The position numbers and the translations under genes are program-made. From NCBI RefSeq assembly GCF_001194135.2, contig NC_068986.1, forward strand, positions 44,812,010-44,876,009: a stretch of DNA of 64,000 nucleotides. The letters run 5' to 3'. The notes under the pieces were generated by a model. The model saw only the letters and a list, made by a program, of their open reading frames with translations. It made no database searches and had not been told where the DNA came from. Source of the stretch: Octopus bimaculoides (lineage: Eukaryota). The first letter of the stretch is position 1, and each line of letters begins with the position of its first letter. Below are positions 25,008 to 40,060 of this stretch, one piece after another.

Positions 25008-25214
25008 CCCTTTAGCATTTAAACTGGTCATACGTGGCGCAAATAGGACATAGGCTGTTTTATGGTCAGATTAGCCAGATCTGGCTTCTTACACCTACCC
25101 TACCATGTCATTTTAAGAACATACAATCATATTATTGAACCTTTCAAAGCAATATTAATAAATAAATAAATAAATAAGCATTACATTTGACGGAGTAATC
25201 TGAATGCTAAAAGG
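25008..25214. mobile_element. piggyBac-type MITE in the SERTA gene intron
   Basis: TTAA on both sides (25004-25007, 25215-25218). TIRs CCCTTTAGCATT / AATGCTAAAAGG with one mismatch. Confidence 0.8.
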
Positions 25215-28200
25215 TTAATTTCTTTCTAAAAGAATGAGCAGAAAGAAACAGTAATTGAAGAATAAATTCTTTTAATACTGGACCAAACTTCTAATTATTT
25301 GTAAGTAGGTAAACAGTTTAAACAGATCTGTGAAAAGCTATTTTAATATGTATGTGTACAAATATCCATTGCAGAAATTATAGATACATATGCCTATCAT
25401 CTTGGTGACGCTTTGGGCCAGGAGCCGTTACCAATATTCAAAATACTTTACTAATAGATGTTCAAGAAAACATGTAATGTTTCATCATTATATAATACAG
25501 ATCGAAAATATTGCAAACATCCCCAATGTGTGAAGAGAATGTTAAACATTTGTTATATGGAAGCATACTGATTTAGGGCCCATTCAAAGTAAGAAAAAAG
25601 CACAAATGTCTCAAGTGAACAGAGAAACTTGGCAAATATAACTAAATAGTGCTAAATATTTGAACAGTTGGATTTACAAGAATGATGATGCAATAAATTT
25701 AGAAACCTCTTGAGAACTTCAGGTTATAGAAAATGTCATCAAGTCACTGAACAAAGAGGATTTCAACTTGGTGCAAATCATAATTCTTCTCTTGCTGATA
25801 AATTAAGTTACAATGGCTTAAAATAACACCCATCTCCTCACACATACACACGCGTGTGTGCAATCCCAGCAGTTTGGTTTAACAATCTGCTTCATGATGG
25901 GTTTGATAGTACTACTGCATAGTACTTTAGGCAAAAGTCTTCAACCATAGCCTTGAGTTGACTAATAATTTGTGACTGAAACTTAGTGGACAATATAGTG
26001 CAGTTGTGTGTGTGCGCTTGTTGCAGGCATTTTCTGTTTACATCAGTCAAAAACAACTAAGACAGAGACATAGAATTAAAAGTAAATGGATCCTTCAGTT
26101 TTGACAACTACATGCCCATTGAACAATAAGTGGAGGGAGGGGCTGAGTGTTCCAAGATATCTGTACACAATATAATTCTCTTTAACAGATTGGAGTGAGC
26201 CCAAGGCTGTGATAAAAAGACATTTACCTAAGATGTTATGTAGCGGAAGTAAACCAAGAACCTCATTTTTGTGAAACAAACTTCTTAACCTTAACCTCTC
26301 GCTCTATGAGTCAACTCATTTACAAACAGAGACACAAGCATACATACATATAAACGTATATACACACCTAAACTATATGCATTTTGTATACAGTTATGAT
26401 AAGGCATTGTCATGCTATTTTTCCATGCTTGGATCACCTCCTTTGTCTTCTAGCAACATATACCAAACGCTTGAGTGTGGACAGGGTACTTTCTCATATC
26501 ACCGGCATTGGTGAAGTTGTTGATATTCTACAAGCAACCTTCAATGGCTACTATCCAAAAGGGCTTTTCAACCCTATATTTACATATTATTTATAGCTTT
26601 ATCATCTGCTTCAAGATCCACTATTAAAAAAAAAAACAATACTAACAGCTCTCAAGAGCCCATTCCATTCTGTATCAATTTAACTGTATTGTCAGTGAAG
26701 CAGCTTGCATAGTACATATCTCCATTTGTTAATTTATTCTGGTATAGTCTTTTTTTATGACTGGATGCCCTTCATATGACCAACCACTATAGACTGCAAT
26801 ATAAATGTAACCTCTTATTCTTCCATACACCCCCTCCGCATGTTCTAAGAATATTGTATCTGCCTGGATTGTTGTCTGATGGCTCTAAGGCAAATAATTT
26901 GAGTGATACACATGTAGGCTGGTGTTATAACAATCTTAAATACAAAGTATTCATTGAAAATGTATTATAATCAGAGTAAAATCCTACAGACAAATCTCCA
27001 CAAAAGTTTAGGCACTTTGGAATTCTAAACTCAGCAAATTCTACATTAAAGCAAGCCAAATAAAAGTGCTCACAGCATGATTGATATATGACTACAGTTC
27101 TATAGGTTTAAATATGAATCTACAATATAGAGTCACTCAGTAACTGAATTCTAATTCGCTTCATACCAATATCAGAGCAAATCCACTTGTTCATAATTGT
27201 CTTTCTTAAAATGTTGCCCGCCCTATCTGATACAATTGACAAACAATCACTATTAGATCATTTGATCACTAAAAGCTACACAAATTCATGTATTCACATT
27301 TTATATAATAATCACAAGACACTCACACACGAGAAATATATATATATAGATTAACGAAATACAATTCCAAACAGCTTTAATATGCGTTTTATATAATTAT
27401 GTATTTGCTTTTGACACCCCAAATAAATTAGTATAACTATATATCATGCAAGAAATTTCTCAATGTGCAATTGAAATGCAATTAGGAACAAAATGATTAT
27501 TTTAAATGCAATTTTAATATTTAAATTGGAAATTTAAAATAGTGGGGAAGATTCTCTCAACATAAAGCAATGTTACAAATTCTATGTCAAACTTTGTATA
27601 GATTTAATATATTTTGCAGAAAATATTTTAAACATATTTAGACAAAAATCCAAAATTACAAAAAGAAAATGTAAATACAAAGATATAGTGAAAATAAATA
27701 AAAATTAACAGCCACATGAAAAAAAAATTGATACAAACTCCATAAATTAAAAAATAAAGTGTGTATGTTAAACAGCTCCCAGTCAATAAAATATTCTCAA
27801 TTACCTCCCTTTACTCATCAGGCTAGCACCAATACTTGAATCAACACTACGAAATCGACACTTAATCAATAGGCGTGATTTCTGTATAAAGTCTACAAAA
27901 TACTGTTTCTCATTTTCTTTTTCCTCCCACATAGTTTCTTTGAACTTTCCCCTTAAAGTTACAATTTACAAAGTCACAAAGCAACGCAATCAGACGGCTT
28001 TTTGTTTCTAATAAAAACCGTCTAATCTATTCTTCATTTGCAATTAACACATCTCTCAGGAGGAACTGAAATTTTACTATCAAAGTTCCAAACCTGTAAA
28101 TGCAATTGATCCACCACCACGTGAAATACAAACTGCAGCAGAATCTTTTTAAACGAGTAAATATATATTTAACATATGGCTTCAGGTTCAAATCAAATTT

Positions 28201-28774
28201 TTCAAATTTGTTTTTTTGTTTTAATATTAGTAAAATTATTTCACGAAATGCATGTCTACGTGTACATACATATATGACAGAGGACAAAGAGATAACAGTC
28301 CTAAGTAGTATCTTATTCAACTAAATCTTCCATTTATAAGAGAAAAAAATGCTGTTTTCGGTTCGTACAATTTCGCAAACCGGATTAAGACATTCCGAAT
28401 TCACTGAGCACTTTCTTCAGCTAGTGCATACAAATGAAGTATTTGGCTAAATTTTAATGATAAAACTGACATACAAATATTTGAGAGAAAAGTCAGAACG
28501 AAAATAATAGCGTCCTCAACATGATATCGTGTAATATATGTGTACACACATTACTTTGAAAGTAAAAGCTAAACACTGAAAATTCAGCGCAACTTGTTAG
28601 ATATCTTCAAGTTATACTAATCGTTAACTACCAAATTGCTAAACTCTGTTCTCTTCCAGAACCCCTCCAAACATACCCTTCAAAACTTCCTCACCTTACA
28701 CCACTGTCCCACATTCTATCCACACCAATACACTTTAGCACATACACACCCCAAGCAACTTATTGAATACTTAC

Positions 28775-29100
28775 CAAAACGTTCATTATAATACAAGTCA
28801 GCTGAACAACTATTAAAAACCACATACAGATCACACACTAGCAAAACACAGTCATGTACTAACCCTGCACCGTCAAGTAAAAACTATCAGCCGAAATTCA
28901 GCAGTAGAAGTGGATTCCTGCAGCTTGTGGATGTACACCGCTGACCCACCTCTAACCATAGTCAAGCAAGGTACACCTTGGGGGAAAGCGTTTCATGTCA
29001 GACCCCGACGCAAGGGACAAATTGACGGTCTGTACACGGCACGGTCGTCTCCACGGCCTAACTGCATAAACAGCACCGTAATCTGCACACTATAAAGATA
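28775..29100 (-). promoter_or_regulatory. Probable non-coding first exon (about 28775-28890) and proximal promoter of the SERTA gene
   Basis: Consensus donor TTTG|GTAAGT at 28775/28774, followed upstream by a locally GC/CpG-richer, repeat-free stretch (28900-29090). Predicted intron is 24719-28774. There is no ATG in frame with the CDS in this exon. Confidence 0.55.
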
Positions 29101-29287
29101 AATCACACATAGCAGGGTCTGCATCCTTGAAAATTACTGTCAGAAGATTAAATACAAACCAGAGTATATAATATTTGGGGAAGATATAATTTCGTAACAC
29201 AAATACTCTCGAGTTTATAATTTACAAATGCATATAAATGACAATGTGTTGTTAATATGTGTGCGTATATGTTTGCAGATACGTGTT

Positions 29288-29324
<37 letters not shown>

Positions 29325-30619
29325 GCGTGCATCATTATGTAGCTTTGACATCACGAAATATACTGTTAACTTGAAAGAATTTCATCTTGATTTACAAGAA
29401 ATATTCATGTTCAGATCATTTGAATCTGAAAGAAAAAAAGAATTATGAAGATCTAACATTTATAACACTTTAATATCGTAGTATGTAGGTGGACATGCAT
29501 ACAAGTGTCTCGTGTAAGTAAACTGGTTGTCGCTCCAATTTTTCTTCTTTTAAACCAACAAAACATATTTTAAGGGAAATGAAAAGAAACATTTAGCTAT
29601 TTTTTAAAAATAAATGTTCAAATATACATTCAACATTAATTTAAGAATGAAACAGATTAACAGAATAATTAAAGCCAACTACGATGTTGCTTAAATTTAT
29701 GTGTATGTGTATGTATACATATATATAGTATTATATATAATTGACTAATTTAAAAAAAAATATTCTACATGAATGAATATGTCATATCTAAGAATATTTC
29801 AAGGCTTTAATTAATATGAAACAAAGCGATCTATAGAATACAACAAACTAGAAATTTGACAAAAAACATAACCCTCACAACCAACTAAAAGCAAAATAGA
29901 TATTTTTTTCCTGGTTCACGCTACACCCCAGCCAGACTGAATTTCAAAATAAAATTCATTTATAAATAATTTTTGAACATTCTGAAAATGGGTTTAAACT
30001 ATTTCGATTTTATATATACATATGAATTTTATTCACGTAGGTTTCATCAGAACGACCTTGACTAATTTGTGGAGCGAGGGGGAGCAAATTGCCTCCATAT
30101 AATAACGGAGAAAGAGAAAATGCAGTATTGAAATAATACTGAACGCCTTTCGCGAAGGTATTATAGCATCGTGAAACGATTCCGTATCTTTGAAGCTTTG
30201 GACTCAAAATTCTGAGGAAACAGTGGTACCTGCCCACTGATGATGATGATAACGATAGCTATTTAAGTACAATCTACGTCCTCTTGTTTTCTATGTGTCC
30301 ACTGATTAAACGCCTATCAACTATACACAAACTACACAAAAATTGTCATATGGAAAACTGCTATAAAGCAAATCCATGTTTTAGTAATTATAAATAGCCA
30401 ATAATTTATAATTAGGAAAATTATATAAACGAGCACCGTTTATTAGCAAGAGAATCAAGAACGACATTTATAAAAGTCATAACAGTAATAATATTAACAT
30501 TTATTTCAACTAGTGGCGACAAGGGGATAGCAGTGGTCATGGTAGAAATATAATGCTAAATATAGTAGGAACTTGGTGTTAGTAATGAGTTGAAATTGCA
30601 ATAAACATTTCAGCGCAGA

Positions 30620-30719
30620 GGAATAAGTAAATCTGAGAGAGAGAGGTAACCAACATGTAGACTGCTGGGGGTGAGAGAATAGCAAATAGACAGAGATAGA
30701 GAAAAAGAGAGCAGCATAT

Positions 30720-30768
<49 letters not shown>

Positions 30769-31020
30769 AAGCAGCATAGATTGAGAAGGAGAGAGAAGGA
30801 AACCAACACACAGAGGGAGAGAGGAGAGAGAGAGATACCAGACTATAGACTGCGAAGAGAGACCAGCAAATAGACACAGAGAGAGGTATCAGTATATAAA
30901 CTTGAGAGAAAGCCCAGCATATGAACTGAGAGTGGGGAAAGAAACCAGCATATACACTAAAAGAGAGAAGGTACCAGCATATTTACTGAGAGAGAGAGAT
31001 GTTACCAGTATAAATACATA
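30620..31020 (+). repeat. Degenerate 25-30 bp purine-rich minisatellite (GAGAGA..CCAGCATA..CT) with (GA)n
   Basis: Recurring CCAGCATA/GCAGCATA cores separated by GA-rich spacers. Confidence 0.7.
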
Positions 31021-31719
31021 GGCAGGTCGATAGTAGTTTTAAAGAGAGAAGTGGTAGTAGTAGTAGGTGTGTTTGAGTGAGTGGTCGAAACATGAAAGAG
31101 GGGTTGGTTGGTTGAACGATAGTAGTTGCAGCAACAGAAACTGGTGAGTTGTGTGTGTGTGTTAGCAGCAGAAACAGTCTGACAAATATTTGGGTCAACA
31201 TAAAGCTAACAGCGGTCCAACTACTACTACCTCTCACCTTACTACGATTACTACTGCCAGCAGCAGCATTTCAACCTTCATAATTAGTTCTACCCCTACT
31301 ACCATGGTAATCTTACTATCTCACCACCACTGTACACAGCCACAATCTCTCCCAGAAAGACTACTACTGCTACACTCCTGCATGTTCCTTCTATACTTTC
31401 TAGTTTAGCCACAAACATTCCGCTCTTTCTCTATAAAAAAAAAAAAAGGCATGGAAGATGACGATGTGGCGGTCTAATAGCCTAACCAAGAGGCTATACC
31501 CGCCTACTGAGGATGTGTGTGAAAGAAAACTTCGAAAAGATTGGTGGGACAACAGTTTAAAATGAAAAAAAAAATATCACTAATGTTCAATTTTTATATT
31601 AATTATAATTTTCAGTTAGCTTCGATAGCGAGCATGCAAAACTGTCTTCATAGAAAATCCCAGAAAATGCATTTCATTTAAGATACAAATTAAAATATCA
31701 AAACCATGGAAATAATCGG

Positions 31720-31975
31720 ATAGAAATAGTGAACAAGAGTAAAACTCTAAATGAAAAATGCAAAAGAAACAGTGAACAGGTCTAAAATGAAGGGTGCAAA
31801 TAGATATAGTGAATAGGACAAACTGAACGGAGTAACAGATAACAATGAACATGACTAATTGAAAAATATAAGAGAAATAAGAGTGAACATGACTAATATG
31901 AAAAATGCAAAACAAATATGAGTGAACATGACTAACTGAAAAATGCAATAGAAATAGCAGTGAACAGCATTAAAT
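31720..31975 (+). repeat. Degenerate ~35-bp minisatellite
   Basis: Recurring GAAAAATGCAA..GAAATA..AGTGAACATGACTAA units. Confidence 0.7.
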
Positions 31976-32795
31976 GAAGAGGGCAACACAATTAACGAAC
32001 TCCTGTTCGCGAACTGAACAATATATGAAACCTCTTCCTTCAACCCTAGTCATTACAGCAATGTAAACCAAGCAGAAGAAGGCAAAAATGATATAAATGT
32101 AGAGATACATTGGGATATTTTTTTGTTCTTGTTGCCTTTAAATTTAAAATGCTTTCAAGTTATGGTTAGAATAAATAAGACGAGGCAGAAGAGGGGAGAC
32201 AAATACAGGAGAGTATGATGACGGTTGGTGGTACACTGGAAAGGAAAGTGTCGGTTTCGAGCAGAAAAAGGATGCAAAGAGGCTATTCAGTGCAATGAAA
32301 TGTTTGTATTAAATAATGAAAACGAACTTGGAAGGGAAAAGCACTTGAATCGAAGAGAAATTTTATAAAAGAATCCTTTGCCATTGAAACAAAAGAAGTA
32401 AAATATCAGGTTAAAATGCATACTATTATTGATTCGAAGTAAACTAATTCTTAAATTCATTTTTTAAATAGAATTACTGATCCAAACAGTCAATACTATC
32501 CGCAATGTGAACGTGATATGTATTATTAATATTTTTTTTTAAATAGCTTTCTCTTTTCATTCACAGAAGCAATAATATATTATATAAAAAATTAAGAAAT
32601 TTGATTGAAAAATTTTAATTTAGAAGCGATAGTAGCAACTAATGGTAAGTAAATAAGAGGCTTAACTTGTATGCGTTAAAAGTACAATTATCAATAAGCT
32701 GACAACAGAAACTATATGAACTACCAACGAAACAAGAAAGAAAAGTCTAATACACACATCTATATAGATATATATATATATACACACACACATAC

Positions 32796-32826
<31 letters not shown>

Positions 32827-32829
32827 GAA

Positions 32830-33285
32830 TGAGAAAGATGGATTGATGCATGCATGCATACATACAAAGACGGATAGATGGGTACACTGACAGACAGCCA
32901 AATGGATGGAAGGGTGGTTGAAAGGACGGAGGAACGGATAAACATAAGAATGGATAAACAAACAAGTGGATGGATTGATGGACGGACGAATGGATAGACA
33001 GACAGATGGATGGAGTCACAGATGGATTGATGAATAAAGAGAGGCAGTCTAATAGATGGGTGGATTGATGAAAAGACATGAATGAATGGATTAAAGACAG
33101 GTGGTTAGAGAGGGATAAATGGATGAAAAGGCTAACGGGTGGATGGAGGAAAGGACAAATGAATAGATTGGATGACTAGGTATGAAGGATGGATGAATGC
33201 AGACAAACGGATCGATGAAGACAGATGGAGGCACGGATAGATGAAAAGACAAATGGAGAAGATGGACAGACGGATGGATGAATAT
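32830..33285 (+). repeat. Degenerate (GATG/GACA)n low-complexity tract
   Basis: GGATGGATAGACAGACAGATGG-type motifs throughout. Confidence 0.8.
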
Positions 33286-34090
33286 TGTAGTCCTTAACTG
33301 AGAAACATCCGGTTGTAAAACAATGCCTCACTAATATATTCATCAACCCATGCTAGCAGGGGAAAAAAAAGCCGACATGGAGACAGAACAACGGCACACA
33401 AACATGTAAGGCAGGGAACTGGCAAAAGTCATTAGAATGTCAGACTGCCTTATGTTATTCGTTCCGGATCTCTGCATTCTCAGTTCAAATACCAGAGAAT
33501 TCAGTTTTGCTTTCCATCCATGCCGTGTCTATAAATAAGATACCAATACTGTCAGAGCCTCTCCAGGCAAAATTTACAACGGACAGAAGTGGGGAGCAAT
33601 GGTCTCCGCCAGGTCTAAAAAAAAAATAGCCTAGATACTTGTCATGATAGCATCCCTACAACTATCAGTTGAGGGCACAAAGTAAGGCAAATCATATGCA
33701 TATGTATTTTTTATATATATATNNNNNNNNNNNNNNNNNNNNNNNNNNNNNNNNNNNNNNNNNNNNNNNNNNNNNNNNNNNNNNNNNNNNNNNNNNNNNN
33801 NNNNNNNNNNNNNNNNNNNNNNNNNNNNNNNNNNNNNNNNNNNNNNNNNNNNNNNNNNNNNNNNNNNNNNNNNNNNNNNNNNNNNNNNNNNNNNNNNNNN
33901 NNNNNNNNNNNNNNNNNNNNNNNNNNNNNNNNNNNNNNNNNNNNNNNNNNNNNNNNNNNNNNNNNNNNNNNNNNNNNNNNNNNNNNNNNNNNNNNNNNNN
34001 NNNNNNNNNNNNNNNNNNNNNNNNNNNNNNNNNNNNNNNNNNNNNNNNNNNNNNNNNNNNNNNNNNNNNNNNNNNNNNNNNNNNNNNNNN

Positions 34091-34104
<14 letters not shown>

Positions 34105-34139
<35 letters not shown>

Positions 34140-34315
34140 ACCCCCACCATCGCTTGACAACCGATGCTGGTGTGTTTGTCCCCGTTCGGCAAAAGAGACC
34201 GATAGAATAAGTACTAGGCTTACAAAGAATAAGTCCTGGGGTCGATCTGTTCGACTAAAGGCGGTGCTCCAGCATGGCCGCAGTCAAATGACTGAAACAA
34301 GTAAAAGAACAAAAG
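34105..34315 (+). mobile_element. SINE family 1 3' half (young), head probably inside the N gap
   Basis: CCATCGCTTGACAACCGATGCTGGTGTG...GGCGGTGCTCCAGCATGGCCGCAGTCAAATGACTGAAACAAGTAAAAG, close to the family consensus. Confidence 0.85.
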
Positions 34316-35729
34316 AATACACACACACACACACACACACGTGCGTGTGTATACACATGTATAGGCATACATAGATAGATACGCATATATGCTTCATTAC
34401 ATAAAGTATATATTAAGCACGCGCACACTCACATACCAATATCCATATATTGTCGAGGAAACCCCAAGCTGTTACAAATAACAAGGTATTCTTTCTGAAC
34501 CCTAATGATTCTGCTAATTTGCTGTCTAGAATGTACACACGCGCGCATACGTATATACAACATATATTATCGGTAAAACTTAAATCCGAATAAGAAGCAC
34601 ACTAAGTTATATAGCAGTATATATATAGCTATTAATTTACTGTTTTCAGTCCTTGGACAGTGCCTTTTCTGGGTCACCGTCTGTAAGGTTTTAGTCATTC
34701 ACATTTACCAGGGAATATATTTCAGTTTGGTACTTATAAATTAGTTAAACAGTGCAAAATGCTTCAATTTTTTAATGAGTGAATGAATTTACATATGCAT
34801 GTACATATGTAGATGTATTGATAAGAGACTATGGTCAAGTAACGCGTCTCTTTTGTTTACTGGTTACCCTCTTTCTGTCACGCTATAGGAATGTGGTTGG
34901 CGAAAATAGTGACTGTGCAAAGAGATGTGGAAGAGAGGAGTGAGAAAGAACGAGCAAACTATCATCTCGCCCGACTGCATGTCTCAGCCAGCAGAAGAGA
35001 GAGGCACTCGGGATGAGACAACAGTGAAACTGTGAGAAAGGGTGAAGAACCATTGAGAGAAGCATTTTTTTTTTTTTAAGAGGGAATCTGAGATAACAGA
35101 AATATTAGAGACTGAGGGAACGAATCATAGAAACTTCTAAATAGTATCCAAATGCCAGCATGGAGAAGATGGGAAAGGAAGAAAAGATGTATATGNNNNN
35201 NNNNNNNNNNNNNNNNNNNNNNNNNNNNNNNNNNNNNNNNNNNNNNNNNNNNNNNNNNNNNNNNNNNNNNNNNNNNNNNNNNNNNNNNNNNNNNNNNNNN
35301 NNNNNNNNNATATATATATATATATATACACACACACAAGTTGGAGGGAAAATTGCGAGAATACGTATAGACGATAGAAGGGAAGCAATAATGATGGCAA
35401 AAGAAAGGAAGAGAAGAGTCTTGAAATATATTCCAACAGGTTATTCCTTGTCTAAGAATCATAGTTCTCAGTAAGAGACAGACTGCTCAACTTCGAACAG
35501 CAGTAATTAAACATACAGAGACGTGGAATAAGGTACAAATGAAAATTAAGGGTTGGCACCAACCATAGAAATACTGCCAAAAGAAGTCTCGCTCCAGACC
35601 ATTCCAGCAATGAAAAAGCATGCGAAAACATGTCATGTTTCATATTATACACACAGATAACACTACTATATTAACGCCCAGATATCCATGCCTGCATGGG
35701 TCACATGAAATTCGCTGAGACAGAATTTT

Positions 35730-37311
35730 CACCGATAGGATGCTCTTCCTGTTGCCAACCCTAACCAGTTTCTGAGCAAAAGAATATTTTCTTTAGTCCT
35801 TCAAACACAAATGTGGTTGGTAAGCAAGCTACTTACCACACAGCCACTCCTGCGCCTATATACCACACAGCCACTCCTGTGAAGTGAATTTCTTAATCCT
35901 ATAGCCAGGCCTTATGGCGCACACAAATGTACATGCAATATACACATTTTATATTTGCTTTTTCCATGCTGTATGGGTTAAATGATTTGAAAGGTCAGCA
36001 GATCACAATTCCAATGCTTCAGTTTGCGATTGGTTTCTATGGCTACATGCCCTTCCGAAGACCAACCATTTGATTAGGTCTATAACATACATATACTACA
36101 TACACAAAATATATAATACACACACATACCCGCGTGTAATATTAAATATAACAGCATGTGTGGGTGGGTGAATGTGCATGTTTTTGCATATGTTCTTTTA
36201 GTTTGTCTACCAAATCCTATCATATGGCTTTGTTTGGCCAGGGGTTACAGTAGATGACACTTGCCCCAAGGCACTGCACTATGGGGCACTGAACGTAAAG
36301 CCATATAGTTTCAATATGAACTTAAACATAGGCCCATACCTTGTACTTAGGATGTGTGTGAGCAAGTTTTTGTTTGAAGATGAGGTAATAGGAAAACAAA
36401 CATTTTGTATGTGTGCAACAGGGAGAGCAACCAGCCATAGAAAATCCACTTCCGCAAATGTCATCTGACTCGTGTGAGCACAGGAATAACAACATATACA
36501 CACATGTATTATATTATGCACCTTCATGTTCATACCAGCTTTTCTCAAGTTTTCATGGGTTGGGCAAGACTTGTCAAAGTATTCTATTGCAGGATGTCTT
36601 TCTGATATAAACATTCGTCAAGGTAATTTTATTCCACTAGTCTTCAAGCTATGGGTTGTATTTTTACAAAAGTCATTAAGATAATATGACTATCGCTAAC
36701 AGGACATGTAGAAAGAAATACCTATAGTTACACAGTTGCCACCTTCACTCTCAAGGAATTTGCTATGCCATGACAATAGCATAACAAGCTGGTTATGCAG
36801 TAAACTTCATTTCCACACAGACATGTATATGCTCTTATATCCATTCACACACAAAATATATAGACATAGTATATATACACATATAACTTAGAACATATGC
36901 ATGTTTCTGTGGAACAGAAGTTTGCATACATAGACACAGGTGTGTTAAGAAGCTCACTTTGAAACCATGTGGTTTCTGGTTCTGTTCCATTGCATGACAA
37001 TTTGAGCAGATGTCTTCCACTACAGCCCCAGACCAAGCAATGACTTATGAGTGAATTTGGTAGATAGATATATATACATACACAAGCATATATACAGATA
37101 CACACACATATTCAAGCCATCATTTAAGCTCCAGTTTTCCATGCTTGCATGGGTCGAATTTAATTTATCAAAGCAGATTTACTATAACCAAACATTTCCA
37201 GTCACCAACCTTCACCTCTTTCCAAGCAAGGTAACATTCTCTCAAGGCCAGACATTTTCACAGCATATTGGAAATGAATGACATTCACTCACATGTATCA
37301 AGGAAACTTAA

Positions 37312-37358
<47 letters not shown>

Positions 37359-39457
37359 TGTATGTGTATATACAAACACACACATGAAGGGCTTCTTTCA
37401 GTGGACACCTGGCAAATACACTAACAGGGATTTATAGTCAACCCACAATTACAATTGCAGGCATTTGCTCAAGGTACCATGCAGTGGGAGGCAAACTTCT
37501 TAACTGTGCACACACACAAAGGAGTGCTAAAAAGTTCCTGAATTTGAGTAAAAGAAAATACAGGAGGATCAGACTTACTTATTGCAGCAGTCCTTCAGTT
37601 TTTCTTAGCCTTGTAAAAGAACTTGGCCAATTGGGCCTCCAACCAGGCCTTTCATGTTACTCTTAAAACCAAGAACTTTTCAAGCACTCCCTCAGATAAA
37701 ATGTGCAGGCAATTGTTCGGTTAAAAAGATTGCCTCTCAACCATGTGATTTGGGGCTCAAGACTAACTGACCTTTACCATGGACAAGCGACTTCTAATGT
37801 AGACTCAGGCTGATCAAAGCCTTACAAATGGATTTGGTGAGTGAAAACTGAATGAAGCCAGTTGAGAGTGTGTCCCCCATTCTATCTGACATCATTCAAT
37901 AGTCGTAAAGGACTGTTACTATCTCACAAAGTGTGGTTCATTTCCAATTTTTCATGAAAACATGTCTAGCCAAGTGGAAATATTACTTCATTAAGAAACA
38001 AGTGAAGATTGGCAACAGGAAAGGCATACAACAATAAAAAATCTTCAAACTCTTTCTCACCTATATAAACTTGGAAAAGTAGATGTCAAAATAATTACAT
38101 ATATAAAAATGGGTGTATGTACACACCTACATGCACACACAAGTATAAATATGAGCATATAACACATTTGTGAGTAGGAATGGCTGTGTTATGAAGTTTC
38201 CTTCACAACTTTGTAGTTTCAAGTTCAGTCACACTGTGACACCTTGAGCAATTGCCTTCTACTTTAGCCCAGGTCAGATCAAAGTATTGTGTGGATTCGA
38301 GAGATGGAAACTGAAAGAAATCAATGATATATGTACGTATGGGCTTCACCTTGTCTTCAATGTTGCATGATAGTCGTAAGCTAATGTCACCAAACAAACA
38401 TTGTCATTCATTTCCAGTGTTCTGTGAAAAGATGTCTAATCAAAAGGAAATATTACCTTACTTGGAAACAGATCAAGGTTGGCAACAAGCAAGCATGTGC
38501 TTCAATAAATTCAAACTGATCCATGTAAATATGGGAAAGTGAACTTTAAAAATGTATACAAATACATACACAATGTATATACATAAAATATATATACATG
38601 CATAAGTATGTGTGTATGAATATAGATATATGACATTTCTTTAATCTACATCCCTTTTCCACACCAGTATGCAATGGACAAATACACTGAGGATTATTTT
38701 ACTGATGTGTGAGTGTGTGTGTGTATTTGAAAATACTTTACTAACAACCAATTCAGTCTTGGACAAGATGAGAACAGAAAGAAAATTGGTAACAATGGTC
38801 AGATAGTAAAAACTGCAATATTTTTATCATGTTAGCAAGAACCTCTGACTCCTGCATCCTCAGGAATTGGATGGGTCCATATGCAACAAAGACAAAGAGG
38901 AATCTGGCAGAGTGTATGTTGAGAAATTATAGCAATATCTGAGCTGAAACCACCAATCCCCAGTCATTAGACTGGCCATATTCATTCATGTATGTTTGTC
39001 TAAACTGAGTGTATACATATATGCATGTGTGTGCACATAGGTAAATATGCATGGATTTTGCTATTCCATGAATGTCACAGACTAATCAAAAGTTGCAATG
39101 AATCTGAAACTCACTTTTTGGCATTAAGACCAGTTACTCTATGCTTTCTAAGACCTGCAGAATAAAAAGTCCCTTATTAATAAAACAGAGCACCTAGTCA
39201 CAAAATATTGCCTCAAGTATCTCCCCATCTAACCAATGCTAGAATGCAAAGGGGGGAAAAAGATGAATGAATTTGTACAAACACACAGGCTTCCTCCTAT
39301 CGTGGTACAGTTGCTATCCTGAAAACCTTGCGGTAATGCAGAATTATCGAACCCCAAATTCATTTCCCTTTGGCTCCCATGTAACATGGCAAGCAGTGGT
39401 GATATAAGTTTACATAAGCTTTTCAAGATTCAGAGTGAGAGTGGTGCATCTATATTG

Positions 39458-39489
<32 letters not shown>

Positions 39490-40060
39490 ATTAGGAAATA
39501 CTGGTTTCAAAAACTAATACAACTATAATTTAAGTAACATACACTACAGCAGAGATGTTTGCTTATTCAGGAAACATGATAATTATGAAATGTGATTGAT
39601 TTACACACATATTTCTGGGTTGACCAAGCTTTTGTAATTTGGTAAATGGAAACTGGAAGAAGTCCATTATATGTGTGCATGCATGTGCGTGCACTGAGCA
39701 AAAGATGCTTGCTTCAAGTTGTGTTGTTGCTTCTGCCAAGATATCCAATCACTTCACAGATGTGAAATGTGAGAGCTCTTATTTGAAAATAAGGGTTAGC
39801 AACAGGAATGGCATCCAATTGTAAGATATTGCCTCAATAAATTTAACCCATATTAGCATCAAAACAGACGAAAAATCAACAAATAGACATTCTTCCACCA
39901 GAGTGTGCCGTTTGTGTTTGAAAGGCAAGGAGAAACATTACCTTACTTGGAAACAAATGAGAGTTGGCAACAGGAAGAGCATCTGGCTGTAGAAAATCAG
40001 CCTTAGCAAATTTTTGTCTGACGAATTCATGTATGGAAAAGTGGATGTTAAAAGGATATT
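35730..40060. mobile_element. Cluster of old RTE-tail/SINE fragments in both orientations
   Basis: Repeated TTGGAAACA..GA.GGTTGGCAACAGGAAG.GCAT..AGAAAAT..ATGGAAAAGTGGATGTTAAA motif near 35.75, 36.4, 36.55, 37.15, 38.0, 38.45 and 39.95 kb, interleaved with SINE1 pieces (36.2, 36.95, 37.4, 37.7 kb). Confidence 0.65.

Noticed and set aside
30230-30310. Possible third first exon of the SERTA gene (CAG|GTACCA donor with TCAGT initiator-like motif)
   Set aside because: The donor is weak and nothing else supports it; such motifs are expected by chance.
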